From contig QJZR01000014.1 in NCBI GenBank assembly GCA_003246625.1, positions 7,219-71,218 on the forward strand: a stretch of DNA of 64,000 nt. Reading direction: 5' to 3'. The notes beneath the pieces are model-generated. The model was not told the origin of the DNA, did no database searches, and worked only from the letters and a program-made list of their open reading frames with translations. Positions 9,306-18,595 of this stretch are shown here, in pieces; position 1 is the stretch's first letter; each line of letters begins with the position of its first letter. The stretch is from Alphaproteobacteria bacterium (GTDB lineage: Bacteria; Pseudomonadota; Alphaproteobacteria; Rhodospirillales; Rhodospirillaceae). A program made the translations under genes and the position numbers.

Positions 9306-9345
9306 AAAGGGTCGAACCGGTCTGGTTCGGCCCTTTTGCTTTTTT
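9306..9345 (+). terminator. Intrinsic terminator after tRNA-Gly
   Basis: AAAGGGTCGAACC..GGTTCGGCCCTTT hairpin followed by T-rich tract. Confidence 0.7.
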
Positions 9346-9389
9346 CCGGAAAGGCGGAGAATGCGCCCCGGATCAAGGAGGCTCCCCCG

Positions 9390-9722
9390 ATGAAGATTCC
9401 CGCCCTGCCGTTCACCCTGACCGACTGGTCGAAAGTGCCGGAAACCGTTCACCCCGGCGAAACCGGCCGGGCGCTTTGGCGCACCCTCGAGGTCGGCGAC
9501 ATCCGTATCCGTCAGGTCACCTACGAGCCGGGCTATCTGGCCGACCACTGGTGCGACCGCGGACACATTCTTTATGTGCTGGACGGCGAACTGGAAACCG
9601 AACTCAAGGACGGCCGCCGTTTCACCCTGAAGGCGGGGACGAGCTATCAGGTCTCGGACTTCGGCGACGCGGCGCATCGTTCCTCCACCCGTTGCGGCGC
9701 CACCCTGTTCATCGTCGATTGA
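9390..9722 (+). CDS. DHCW-motif cupin fold protein
   Basis: YEPGYLADHWCDRGHILYVLDGEL; AAGGAGG RBS. Confidence 0.88.
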   Translation: MKIPALPFTLTDWSKVPETVHPGETGRALWRTLEVGDIRIRQVTYEPGYLADHWCDRGHILYVLDGELETELKDGRRFTLKAGTSYQVSDFGDAAHRSSTRCGATLFIVD

Positions 9723-9753
9723 CCGGGACGGCGGATCGGGCCATTCTTTCGGC

Positions 9754-9789
9754 ATATGGATAATTGTACTTCCATATGTTTCGGAGATA
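9754..9789. promoter_or_regulatory. Putative LysR-type operator (copy A)
   Basis: ATATGGA-N10-TCCATATG-N6-AGATA, includes an inverted repeat and a T-N11-A box, directly before lysR ATG. Confidence 0.6.
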
Positions 9790-9793
9790 GCTC

Positions 9794-10711
9794 ATGGAAT
9801 TGCGCCACATCCGCTATTTTCTTGCCGTCGCCGAGGAGAAGAACTTCACCCGCGCCGCCGCCCGGGTCGGCATCGGCCAGCCGCCGCTCAGCCAGCAGAT
9901 CCGCGACCTGGAACGGGAAATCGGCGCGCCCTTGTTCCACCGCCTGCCGCATGGCGCGGAACTGACCGAGGCGGGGGAAAGTTTCCTGGAAAAGGCGCGC
10001 GGCATCGTCGTTCAGGCGGAGCAGGCGAAGGCTGCCGCGCAACGGGCGGCGCGCGGCGAAACCGGGCGGCTGCGCGTCGGGTTTTCCGGCTCCGCCGCGT
10101 TCAACCCGGCGGTCCCCGCGCCGATTCGCGATTTCCGCCGCGCCTATCCGGCGGTGGAGCTGACCCTGCTGGAGGCCAACACCCAGCAACTGGTCGGGAT
10201 GATGCGCGAGGACGAGGTGGACATCGCCTTCATCCGTCCGGCGCAGGCCGACCCCGAGGGGCTGCGGGTCTTCCGTTTTCCCGAGGAACCGATGCTGGCC
10301 GCCCTGCCCACCGGCCATCGCCTGGCGGGGGCGGTGTCGTTGGCCCTGGCCGATCTGGCGGAAGAACCCTTCATCCTTTATCCGCAGACCGTCGGCACCG
10401 GACTGTACGAGGAAGTGGTGGCGCAATGCCGCCGCGCCGGGTTCGAACCGCGCCTGGCCATCGGCTTCGAGCCCGAGCTGGTGTCGGAAACCCCGAAAAT
10501 GGCCTCGGTGATCAATCTGGTGGCGGCGGAAATGGGAATCTCGATCGTGCCACGGTCGCTGACCCAGATCACCGTGCCGGGGGTACGCTTCGTCCCCTTC
10601 GACGGCGAGGCGCCGATGGCCCGCCTGGGCTGCGCCATGCGGCGCGGGGAACGCGCCATCGCCGCCCGCAACTTCATGGCCTTGGCCAAAACCACGAAGG
10701 CGGCCGGTTAG
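9794..10711 (+). CDS. LysR family transcriptional regulator
   Basis: MELRHIRYFLAVAEEKNFTRAAARVGIGQPPLSQQIRDLE HTH plus substrate-binding domain. Confidence 0.96.
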   Translation: MELRHIRYFLAVAEEKNFTRAAARVGIGQPPLSQQIRDLEREIGAPLFHRLPHGAELTEAGESFLEKARGIVVQAEQAKAAAQRAARGETGRLRVGFSGSAAFNPAVPAPIRDFRRAYPAVELTLLEANTQQLVGMMREDEVDIAFIRPAQADPEGLRVFRFPEEPMLAALPTGHRLAGAVSLALADLAEEPFILYPQTVGTGLYEEVVAQCRRAGFEPRLAIGFEPELVSETPKMASVINLVAAEMGISIVPRSLTQITVPGVRFVPFDGEAPMARLGCAMRRGERAIAARNFMALAKTTKAAG

Positions 10712-10754
10712 GCCGCCTTCGGTACGGATTTGGGAGGGATAGGGGGGGGAACCT

Positions 10755-10806
10755 GCCGCGCCGTGGGGGAGAAGATCTTTCTCCCCTTGCGGGAGAACGG
10801 CGCGGC
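10755..10806. repeat. Nested inverted repeat containing TTCTCCCCTTGCGGGAGAA
   Basis: GCCGCGCCGT...ACGGCGCGGC outer stem with two alternative inner hairpins; inner motif resembles common alphaproteobacterial REP-like repeats. Confidence 0.5.
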
Positions 10807-10853
10807 GCGGGAGGTGTTGGGGTCTTGATAGGCCATTTCGACGCGTGCCGTCC

Positions 10854-10943
10854 TCAGTCCAGGTTGGTGCGGGCGCGGTGGGCGGTGGCGGACGCCAGAT
10901 AACCGGTGGCCTGCTGCGGATTGCTCTGCTTCTTGTCGCTCAT
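10854..10943 (-). CDS. Candidate 29-aa small protein MSDKKQSNPQQATGYLASATAHRARTNLD
   Basis: AAGGAG RBS 7 nt before ATG; promoter-like and operator-like sequences upstream; no family recognised. Confidence 0.45.
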   Translation of the reverse strand: MSDKKQSNPQQATGYLASATAHRARTNLD

Positions 10944-11019
10944 CACGATACTCCTTCTATTTGGTGACCCCGCCCGGGGGGGAGGCGGGGGAGCCTGTGC
11001 GGCTCTGTTCTGTGATGGA

Positions 11020-11085
11020 ATATCGGCGCCTTTCCGCGATGTGTCCAATATATGGAAATCGCTTTCTCGATATGAAAAACAGATA
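11020..11085 (-). promoter_or_regulatory. Putative promoter plus LysR-type operator (copy B)
   Basis: Minus strand TTGGAC-N17-CGATAT (11048-11020); plus strand ATATGGA-N10-TCGATATG-N6-AGATA at 11050-11085 matches copy A. Confidence 0.5.
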
Positions 11086-11089
11086 ACGG

Positions 11090-11277
11090 AAAGGCGGGCT
11101 CCGCCCGGACCCGCAAAGGGGCTTGGCCCCTTTGATCCCAGAACCTGTTTTCGCCGCGACAGCGGCAATCGACCGTTTCGTGGAAGCGATGGTTTTATAG
11201 CCCTGCGCGCAAAAACCCGGGAAAGGGGTCCAGGGGACCGAGTCCCCTGGTGGGTGTGGGCGAAGCCCACGGGTTTT
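11090..11277. repeat. Dispersed palindromic repeat, copy 2
   Basis: GGGCTCCGCCCGGACCCGCAAAGGGGCTTGGCCCCTTTGATCCC left arm, shared core, CCAGGGGAC-CGA-GTCCCCTGG..GGGCGAAGCCCACGGGTTTT right arm. Confidence 0.9.
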
Positions 11278-12126
11278 TCATCCCGTCAGCCGCGCCCAGT
11301 CGGCGCGCAGCCGGTCGGCGTCGGCGGGGGCGAGGCCGCAGGCGGCAAGGGCGTCGCGCACCGCGGCGACGAGGGCCTCGTTACCGGGCGCGGGGGAGCC
11401 GTCGGGCAGGTGAAGGTTGTTTTCGAAACCGATGCGCGCGTGCCCGCCAAGCAGGGCGGCGGCGCAGGCGCAGGCGGTTTCGAAGCGGCCGAAGGCGCAG
11501 GTCATCCAGTGTTCCGGCCTTGGCAGGCCGGGGGCGAGGAAGGGCAGCAGGTCGGCGGGCGCCGAGGTCTGGCCGACGGTATAGCGGCCGAGGACGAACA
11601 ACACCGGCGGGTCTTCCCACGGGATCAGGCCGCGGCCGCGCAGGCCGTCGAGGCGGGCGAGCTCCTCCGGCGAATAGAGGATGATCTGCGGCAGGATCGC
11701 CTCGCCCTTCATCCAGGTCAGGAATTCGGCGAAGGCGGGTTCGTCGGCGTCGGTGGGGGCGAATTCCCGCAGGGCGAGGGAAATCGCCTCGGGCCGGACC
11801 GCCTTGACCACCGCCATCTGCTCGGCCGGTGCGTAGAGTCCCAGGGACTCGGTGGTCATCTGGATCACCAGGCGGCTGCCCACCGTGCCCTTGACCGCGG
11901 CGATCGCGTCGGCGAAGGCGGCGGCGTCGAGAAGGTGGCCGCCCTGGGCGTTGCGCACGTGCAGGTGGATCATCGCCGCCCCGGCGGCCAGGCAGGCGGC
12001 GGCGGTTTCCGCCATTTCGCGCGGAGACAGAGGGATCGCCGGGTGGTCGGCCTTGGTGCGGCGGCCGCCGTTGGGGGCGACGCCGAGCGCGACGCGATGC
12101 GAAGCGGGAGTGGAAGAATCGCTCAT
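11278..12126 (-). CDS. Beta-keto acid cleavage enzyme (BKACE/DUF849, Kce family)
   Basis: VAPNGG, AGAAMIHLHVRN metal-binding HxH, HARIGFENN. Confidence 0.92.
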   Translation of the reverse strand: MSDSSTPASHRVALGVAPNGGRRTKADHPAIPLSPREMAETAAACLAAGAAMIHLHVRNAQGGHLLDAAAFADAIAAVKGTVGSRLVIQMTTESLGLYAPAEQMAVVKAVRPEAISLALREFAPTDADEPAFAEFLTWMKGEAILPQIILYSPEELARLDGLRGRGLIPWEDPPVLFVLGRYTVGQTSAPADLLPFLAPGLPRPEHWMTCAFGRFETACACAAALLGGHARIGFENNLHLPDGSPAPGNEALVAAVRDALAACGLAPADADRLRADWARLTG

Positions 12127-12250
12127 CGGGCACCTCGAACGGGTGGGAAAACCGTGACAAACCGGATCGGCCATTGCCTGGGGCGGGGCCCCGGGCTATT
12201 CCTGACAGGTTCGCGCATTTTCGGGGATTCCTCAAACCCCATCGGAGACG

Positions 12251-13591
12251 ATGATGACCACCCATATTCTGCATCGCCAGATCGCGGGCTCCCTGCCCAT
12301 GGCGGTGGGCGGCAAGGGCGTCGAGCTGTTCGACGCCGAAGGCCGCGCCTATATCGACGCCTCGGGCGGCGCCGCGGTGTCCTGCCTGGGGCATGGCCAC
12401 CCGGCGGTGATCGCGGCGATTCACGCCCAGGCCGACAAGCTGGCCTTCGCCCATAGCGGATTCTTCACCTCGGAACCGGCGGAAAAGCTGGCCGACCGTC
12501 TGGCCGCCACCGCGCCCGCGGGCATCGACCACGTCTATTTCGTCAGCGGCGGCTCGGAAGCGGTGGAAACCGCGATCAAGATGGCGCGGCAGTATTTCGT
12601 CGAAATCGGCCAGCCGCAGCGCCGCCGCGTCATCGCCCGCGAACAAAGCTATCACGGCAACACCCTGGGGGCGCTGTCCGCCGGGGGGAACCTGCTTCGG
12701 CGCGAGCTCTATCGCCCGTTGCTGCTGGAAACCGACCACATCCCGCCGTGCTATGCCTATCGTCACCAGAAGCCGGGGGAAAGCGACGCCGATTACGCCA
12801 AGCGCGCCGCCGACGCCCTGGAGGCGAAGATCCTTGCCCTCGGCCCGGAAACGGTGATGGCCTTCATCGCCGAAACCGTGGTCGGCGCCACCTCCGGGGT
12901 GGTGCCGCCGGTCGCCGACTACTTCAAGCGCATCCGCGCCATCTGCGACAAGTACGGGGTTCTGCTGATCCTCGACGAGGTGATGTGCGGCATGGGGCGT
13001 ACCGGCACCCTGCACGCCTGCGAGCAGGATGGCGTCGCCCCCGACCTGATGACCATCGCCAAGGGCCTGGGCGGCGGTTACCAGCCGATCGGCGCGGTGC
13101 TGCTGTCGGCCAGGATTTTCCGTGCCTTCGCCGAAGGCAGCGGTTTTTTCCAGCACGGTCATACCTATATGGCACATCCGATGGCCTGTGCCGCGGCGCT
13201 GGCGGTGCAGGAAACCATCGTCCGCGACGACCTGTTGGCCAATGTTCGCGCCATGGGCGCGCGGTTGAGACAAGAATTGACCGCCCGATTCGCCAATCAT
13301 CCGCATGTCGGCGACATTCGTGGCCGGGGTTTGTTCATGGGATTGGAATTGGTCCGCGACCGCGGCACCAAGGAACCCTTCGATTCCAAGGAAAAACTCC
13401 ATGCCCGCGTAAAACGCGCCGCAATGGCACGCGGTTTGATGGTATACCCGTCGGGCGGAACGATCGATGGGGCGCGGGGCGACCACGTGTTGCTGGCCCC
13501 GCCGTTCATTTCTACCGCTGCGACAATCGACGCGATTGTCGAGCGCCTGGGCGACGCCCTGGATGCCGCCGTGAGTGGGGCGGAAATCTAG
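12251..13591 (+). CDS. Class III PLP-dependent aminotransferase
   Basis: YIDASGGAAVSCLGHGHP, SGGSEAVE, SYHGNT, LILDEVMCGMGRTG, IAKGLGGGYQP. Confidence 0.95.
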   Translation: MMTTHILHRQIAGSLPMAVGGKGVELFDAEGRAYIDASGGAAVSCLGHGHPAVIAAIHAQADKLAFAHSGFFTSEPAEKLADRLAATAPAGIDHVYFVSGGSEAVETAIKMARQYFVEIGQPQRRRVIAREQSYHGNTLGALSAGGNLLRRELYRPLLLETDHIPPCYAYRHQKPGESDADYAKRAADALEAKILALGPETVMAFIAETVVGATSGVVPPVADYFKRIRAICDKYGVLLILDEVMCGMGRTGTLHACEQDGVAPDLMTIAKGLGGGYQPIGAVLLSARIFRAFAEGSGFFQHGHTYMAHPMACAAALAVQETIVRDDLLANVRAMGARLRQELTARFANHPHVGDIRGRGLFMGLELVRDRGTKEPFDSKEKLHARVKRAAMARGLMVYPSGGTIDGARGDHVLLAPPFISTAATIDAIVERLGDALDAAVSGAEI

Positions 13592-13717
13592 GACGGTTTT
13601 CCGGGTTGCAGGCTTCCCGCGAGGCCTAACGCACTGAAACGCCTGGGCGCGGTGACCAGGCCGGACCAGCCGACCCGCCGAAAACAAGACGGGCGCGCCA
13701 ACACGGGGATTATCGTC

Positions 13718-14692
13718 ATGCGTTTGCCAATGAAGTCGATTCTATCCGCCGCCGTGCTTGCCTCTTTGGCAGGCATTCCGACGGCCGATGCCGCGCAAAA
13801 GTTCATTACCATCGGCACCGGCGGCGTCACCGGCGTGTACTATGCGGTCGGCGGCGCGATTTGCCGCCTGATGAATAAGGACTACAAGACCACCGGCGTG
13901 CGCTGCTCCACCGAATCCACCGGCGGCTCGGTGTTCAACGTCAACGCCATCAAGTCGGGCGAGTTGGACTTCGGTCTTTCCCAGTCCGACGTGCAGTATA
14001 ACGCCAGCAACGGCCTGAAGCAGTTCGCCAAGGACGGCAAGGTTTCCGACCTGCGCGCCGTTTTCGCGGTGCATCCCGAGCCCTTGACCGTGCTCTCCCG
14101 CCGCGACGCCAAGGTCGAGAAGTTCGAGGACTTCGCCGGCAAGCGCTTCAACGTCGGCAACCCCGGCTCCGGCACCCTGGCCTCGATGGAAGAGCTCCTC
14201 GCCACGATGAGCTGGACCAAGGCGAAGTTCTCCCTCGCCGCCGAGCTGAAGCCCGACGAAATGGGACCGGCCCTTTGCGACAACAAGATCGACGGCTTCG
14301 TCTATGCGGTGGGCCATCCGTCGGCCGCCATCCAGGATCCGACCACGGCCTGCAACGCCAAGCTGGTGCCGCTGACCGGCCCGGCGGTGGACAAGCTGGT
14401 GAAGGAACATTCGTACTATGCCTATGCCACCATTCCGGGCGGCATGTACGCGGGCAACCCCGAGCCGGTGCAGACCTTCGGCGTGAAGGCGACGGTGGTC
14501 ACCAGCGCCAAGGTTCCGGACAAGATCGTCTATAACCTGGTCAAGACGGTGTTCGAGAACTTCAACGACTTCAAGAAGCTGCATCCGGCCTTCGCGCATC
14601 TGGATCCGGCGGACATGGTGAAGAACGGCCTGTCCGCGCCGCTGCATCCCGGCGCCGCGAAGTACTACAAGGAAAAGGGCTGGCTGAAGTAA
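13718..14692 (+). CDS. TAXI-family TRAP solute-binding protein
   Basis: Signal peptide, [33 protein letters not shown]. Confidence 0.95.
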   Translation: MRLPMKSILSAAVLASLAGIPTADAAQKFITIGTGGVTGVYYAVGGAICRLMNKDYKTTGVRCSTESTGGSVFNVNAIKSGELDFGLSQSDVQYNASNGLKQFAKDGKVSDLRAVFAVHPEPLTVLSRRDAKVEKFEDFAGKRFNVGNPGSGTLASMEELLATMSWTKAKFSLAAELKPDEMGPALCDNKIDGFVYAVGHPSAAIQDPTTACNAKLVPLTGPAVDKLVKEHSYYAYATIPGGMYAGNPEPVQTFGVKATVVTSAKVPDKIVYNLVKTVFENFNDFKKLHPAFAHLDPADMVKNGLSAPLHPGAAKYYKEKGWLK

Positions 14693-14701
14693 GCCACTCG
14701 A

Positions 14702-14729
14702 AGAGGGGAGCGCGAACGCGCTCCCCTCT
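14702..14729 (+). other. Intercistronic hairpin (probable mRNA stabiliser)
   Basis: AGAGGGGAGCGCG-AA-CGCGCTCCCCTCT with no T tract, between binding-protein and permease genes. Confidence 0.6.
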
Positions 14730-14791
14730 GCTATAAGGTCCCGGCGCCAGGGGGCGGGCGCCGACGTACGAAAGACTTCTAGGGGAACCCG

Positions 14792-17416
14792 ATGACCACG
14801 AACGACAACAAGAAACCGGCCGAAGCCGAGCTCGACACCGAGGTGCTGCAGGATCTTGTCACCGCCGTCGACATGGGCGGGCGAAAACCGACGGGATTGA
14901 CCGCGCGCCTGATGATGCTGGTCGCCCTTTGCTGGTCCCTGTTCCAGTTGTGGTATGCCTCGCCCTTGCCGTTCATCTTGAACTTCGGCGTCGTCACCGA
15001 TGGCATCGCACGCTCCATCCACCTTGCCTTCGCTTTGTTCCTTGCCGCGCTCAGCTATCCCGCCCTGGCGCGCTCGCCGCGCGACCGGGTGCCGCTGACC
15101 GACTGGGCGATCGGCATCGCCGGTGCCGCCAGCACCCTGTATCTGGTGGTCTTCTATCGCGAGCTGTCGCTGCGTCCCGGCCTGCCCACCACCACCGACG
15201 TGGTGGTCAGCGTCATCGGCGTCCTGGTCCTGCTGGAAATGGCGCGCCGCGCCGTCGGCCCGGCGATCACCGTGATCGCCCTGGTGATGCTGGGCTACAT
15301 CTTCGCCGGACCGATGTTGCCTGGCATGATCGCGCACAAGGGCGCGTCGCTGTCGCGCGCCGCCTCGCAGATGTGGCTGACCTCGGAAGGCGTGTTCGGC
15401 GTCGCCCTGGGGGTGTCCACCAACGTCGTCTTCATGTTCGTGCTGTTCGGCACTCTTTTGGAAAAGGCGGGCGCCGGCGGCTATTTCATCCGGTTGGCGT
15501 TCTCGCTTCTCGGCGGTTTCCGCGGCGGCCCGGCCAAGGCGGCGGTGGCTGCCTCCGGCATGACCGGCGTGATCTCCGGCTCTTCCATCGCCAACGTGGT
15601 GACCACCGGCACCTTCACCATTCCGCTGATGAAGCGGGTCGGCTATCCGGCGGTGAAGGCGGGCGCGGTGGAATGCGCCGCCTCGGTCAACGGCCAGATC
15701 ATGCCGCCGGTGATGGGCGCCGCCGCCTTCCTGATCGCCGAATACGTCGGCATTTCCTATGCCGACGTGGTCAAGCACGCCTTCTTCCCGGCGCTGCTGA
15801 CCTATGGCTCGCTGTTCTACATCGTCGACATCGAGGCGATGAAGATGGGCCTGAAGGGGCTGCCGGTGAACCGCCGCGGCACCCTGGTCAGCTCCCTGCT
15901 GCGTGCCCTGATGAACATTTGCGGCATGATCGTCCTGTCCGGGCTGGTCTATTACGGCATCGGCTGGACCAAGACGGTGTTCGGCGGCGCGGCCACCATG
16001 ATGGTGGCGGTGGCGGTGACCGCCGTTTACATTGGCCTGATCGCCTATCGCGCCAAGTTCCCGGATTCGCCGCAGGACGATCCCGGCCACGCCTTCGTCG
16101 AGGTTCCCGACTTCCGCACCACGGTGCGCACCGGCCTGCATTTCATCCTGCCGGTGGTGGTGCTGATCTGGTGCCTGATGGTCGAGGAACTGTCCCCCGG
16201 CCTGTCCGCCTTCTGGGGCTGCATCGTCCTGATCCTGCTGATCGTGACGCAGCGGCCGCTGACCGCCTGGTTCCGCAAGGAAGGGCCGGAAAAGGTGCGC
16301 GCCGACGCCGTCCTCGGCTTCCGCAACCTGTTCGACGGGTTGATCGCGGGCGCGCGCAACATGACCACGGTGGGCATCGCCACCTCGACCGCGGGCGTGG
16401 TGGTCGGCACCGTGCTGTTGACCGGCGTCGGCCTGGTGATGACCGAGGTGGTGGAGATCGTCTCCGGCGGCAACCTGCTGATCATGCTGTTCCTCACCGC
16501 GATCATCTGCATCATCCTCGGCATGGGGATGCCGACCACCGCCAGCTACGTGGTGGTCGCCACCCTGATGGCGCCGGTGATCGTCGATCTGGCGGCGAAG
16601 AACGACCTGGCCCTGCCGCTGGTGGCGGTGCACCTGTTCGTCTTCTATTTCGGCCTGATGGCCGACGTGACGCCACCGGTGGGTCTGGCCGCCTATGCCG
16701 CGTCGGCGATATCCGGCGCGGACCCGGTGAAGACCGGCTTCCAGGGCTTCCGTTACGAAATCCGTACCGCGCTTTTGCCGTTCATCTTCGTCTTCAACCA
16801 TCGTCTGCTGATGATCGACATCGACGGGCCGGTCGAATTCGTCCTCATGGTGGTGGGCTCGGCGGCGGCGATGACCGCCTTCGTCGCGGCGACGCAGCAA
16901 TGGCTGATCATCCGCAACCGCCTGTACGAGACGGCGCTTTTGTTCCTGGTCTGCTTCACCCTGTTCCGTCCGGGGTTCTGGATGGACATGGTGCAGGAGC
17001 CGTTTTCCTTCGCCCCCGCCGCCGAGGTCTTCGCCGAAGCCGACCAGACCGAACCCGGGGAACCGCTGTTCATCCGCTTCGAGGCGCAGACCTCGTCGGG
17101 CGACATCGTCGAGAAGACGGTGCGCCTGCGTCTGGGCGAGGGGCCGACCGGCGACCGGCGGATGCGGGCCGAGGGTTTGGGCCTGTCCCGTCTGGGGGAC
17201 GAGGTGATGGTCAGCACGGTGCGGCTGCGCAGCCAGGCGGCGAAGTTCGGCATTCAGCCGGGCGACCGCGTCATCGCCCTGGTGCGGCCCACCGACCGGC
17301 CCTCGGCGCAGTGGTTCATGCTGCCCGCCCTGGCCTTGCTGGGTCTGATCTTCGCCGCGCAGGTGCGCCGCAAGCGCCGCCTGTTGGCGGCGGGCACGCC
17401 GCTGCACGCCTCATAA
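14792..17416 (+). CDS. TRAP transporter fused 4TM/12TM permease
   Basis: GGPAKAAV, SGSSIANVVTTG, QIMPPVMGAAAF, GMGMPTTASY, ADVTPPVGLAAY. Confidence 0.95.
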   Translation: MTTNDNKKPAEAELDTEVLQDLVTAVDMGGRKPTGLTARLMMLVALCWSLFQLWYASPLPFILNFGVVTDGIARSIHLAFALFLAALSYPALARSPRDRVPLTDWAIGIAGAASTLYLVVFYRELSLRPGLPTTTDVVVSVIGVLVLLEMARRAVGPAITVIALVMLGYIFAGPMLPGMIAHKGASLSRAASQMWLTSEGVFGVALGVSTNVVFMFVLFGTLLEKAGAGGYFIRLAFSLLGGFRGGPAKAAVAASGMTGVISGSSIANVVTTGTFTIPLMKRVGYPAVKAGAVECAASVNGQIMPPVMGAAAFLIAEYVGISYADVVKHAFFPALLTYGSLFYIVDIEAMKMGLKGLPVNRRGTLVSSLLRALMNICGMIVLSGLVYYGIGWTKTVFGGAATMMVAVAVTAVYIGLIAYRAKFPDSPQDDPGHAFVEVPDFRTTVRTGLHFILPVVVLIWCLMVEELSPGLSAFWGCIVLILLIVTQRPLTAWFRKEGPEKVRADAVLGFRNLFDGLIAGARNMTTVGIATSTAGVVVGTVLLTGVGLVMTEVVEIVSGGNLLIMLFLTAIICIILGMGMPTTASYVVVATLMAPVIVDLAAKNDLALPLVAVHLFVFYFGLMADVTPPVGLAAYAASAISGADPVKTGFQGFRYEIRTALLPFIFVFNHRLLMIDIDGPVEFVLMVVGSAAAMTAFVAATQQWLIIRNRLYETALLFLVCFTLFRPGFWMDMVQEPFSFAPAAEVFAEADQTEPGEPLFIRFEAQTSSGDIVEKTVRLRLGEGPTGDRRMRAEGLGLSRLGDEVMVSTVRLRSQAAKFGIQPGDRVIALVRPTDRPSAQWFMLPALALLGLIFAAQVRRKRRLLAAGTPLHAS

Positions 17417-18595
17417 GGGGCGGAAGAACCGCCGTTTGAGCACGATTGCCGCCGCGGATAGGGCGAGGGCGAGGACCATGGCGAAGGCCATGCCCGCCTC
17501 CGCCCCCGCGGCGTCGATCACCGCGGCGAACGCCGATGGCGCCACCGCCGCCAGCAGGAACCCCGGGGTGAGCAGGCGCCCCACCGTGGTGCCGTAACGG
17601 GTGGGGTCGAACAGCACCAGGGGCAGGGTTCCCCGGGTAATCGAAATCAATCCGTTGGCCGCGCCGTAAACGGCGCAGAAAACCACCGCCGCGGCGATGA
17701 AGCGGCCGCTGGCGAAGCCCGCGACGAACCCCAACGGCAGGGCCAGGGCCGCAGCCAGATGCAGGGAAAGCGGGTGGACGCGCGCGCCGAACAGCACCTC
17801 GCCCAGGCGGGCGGAGGACTGGCCGATGCCGCGCAGCGAGGCCACCCCGATCGCCGTCGGCAGGGCGAGGCCCAGGCCCTCCAGCAGGCCGATCATGTGC
17901 GCCGACATTCCGGCGTTGATGAAGTTGATGGCGCCGACGGTGAAGGCGAACAGCAGCGCGGCCAGACGGGAATCGGCGGGCGGCGGCGGGGTTTCGGCGG
18001 CGGGGCCGGTTTCGGTGGAGGCGGCCTGCGGCGCGGCGTTGGGCAGGGTCAGGAACAGGGGAATCGACAGCAGGGAAATCGCGGCATAGACCGTCAGCGC
18101 GGTTCGCCAGCCCCATTCCGCCGCCATCCAACCGCCGAACGGCCAGAACACGGTGGAGGCCAGGCCGCCGAGCAGGGTGATCTGCGCGATCGGGCGTTTC
18201 GCCCGGCTGCCGAAGGCCTTGGCCAGGGCGGCGAAGGCGGCGTCGTAAAGGGTCAGGCGCATCGCCGCGCCCAGCACCGCCCAGCACAGCAGATAGACGG
18301 CGTAATCGCGGCAGAGCGCCAGCCCCAGGCATCCCGTCGCGGCAAAAACCGCGCCCAGGCTCATCGGCAGGCGGCCGCCGTGGCGGTCGATGGCGCGGCC
18401 CACCGACCCCGACAAAAAGCCCATGACCAGCAACGCCAGGGAGAAGCCGGAATAGACCTTGGCATGGCTCCATCCCAGGTCGGCGGCGATGGCGTTGCCG
18501 AAGCCGCCGATCAGATAGTACGAAACCCCCCAGTGGACGAGTTGCGAAAAGCCGATGCAGAACACCGTCAGGCCGTGGCGGAAGGGCGACATCAT
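17411..18595 (-). CDS. arsK: MFS transporter, ArsK-like (arsenite efflux family)
   Basis: SQLVHWGVSYYLIGGFG, AMRLTLYDAAFAAL and QITLLGGLASTVFWP match recalled ArsK-family motifs. Confidence 0.75.
   Translation of the reverse strand: MMSPFRHGLTVFCIGFSQLVHWGVSYYLIGGFGNAIAADLGWSHAKVYSGFSLALLVMGFLSGSVGRAIDRHGGRLPMSLGAVFAATGCLGLALCRDYAVYLLCWAVLGAAMRLTLYDAAFAALAKAFGSRAKRPIAQITLLGGLASTVFWPFGGWMAAEWGWRTALTVYAAISLLSIPLFLTLPNAAPQAASTETGPAAETPPPPADSRLAALLFAFTVGAINFINAGMSAHMIGLLEGLGLALPTAIGVASLRGIGQSSARLGEVLFGARVHPLSLHLAAALALPLGFVAGFASGRFIAAAVVFCAVYGAANGLISITRGTLPLVLFDPTRYGTTVGRLLTPGFLLAAVAPSAFAAVIDAAGAEAGMAFAMVLALALSAAAIVLKRRFFRPL

Noticed and set aside
10929-10943. Shared MSDKK N-terminus between the sORF and the protein at 5495-5965
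   Set aside because: Five residues of a common N-terminal composition with no further similarity.
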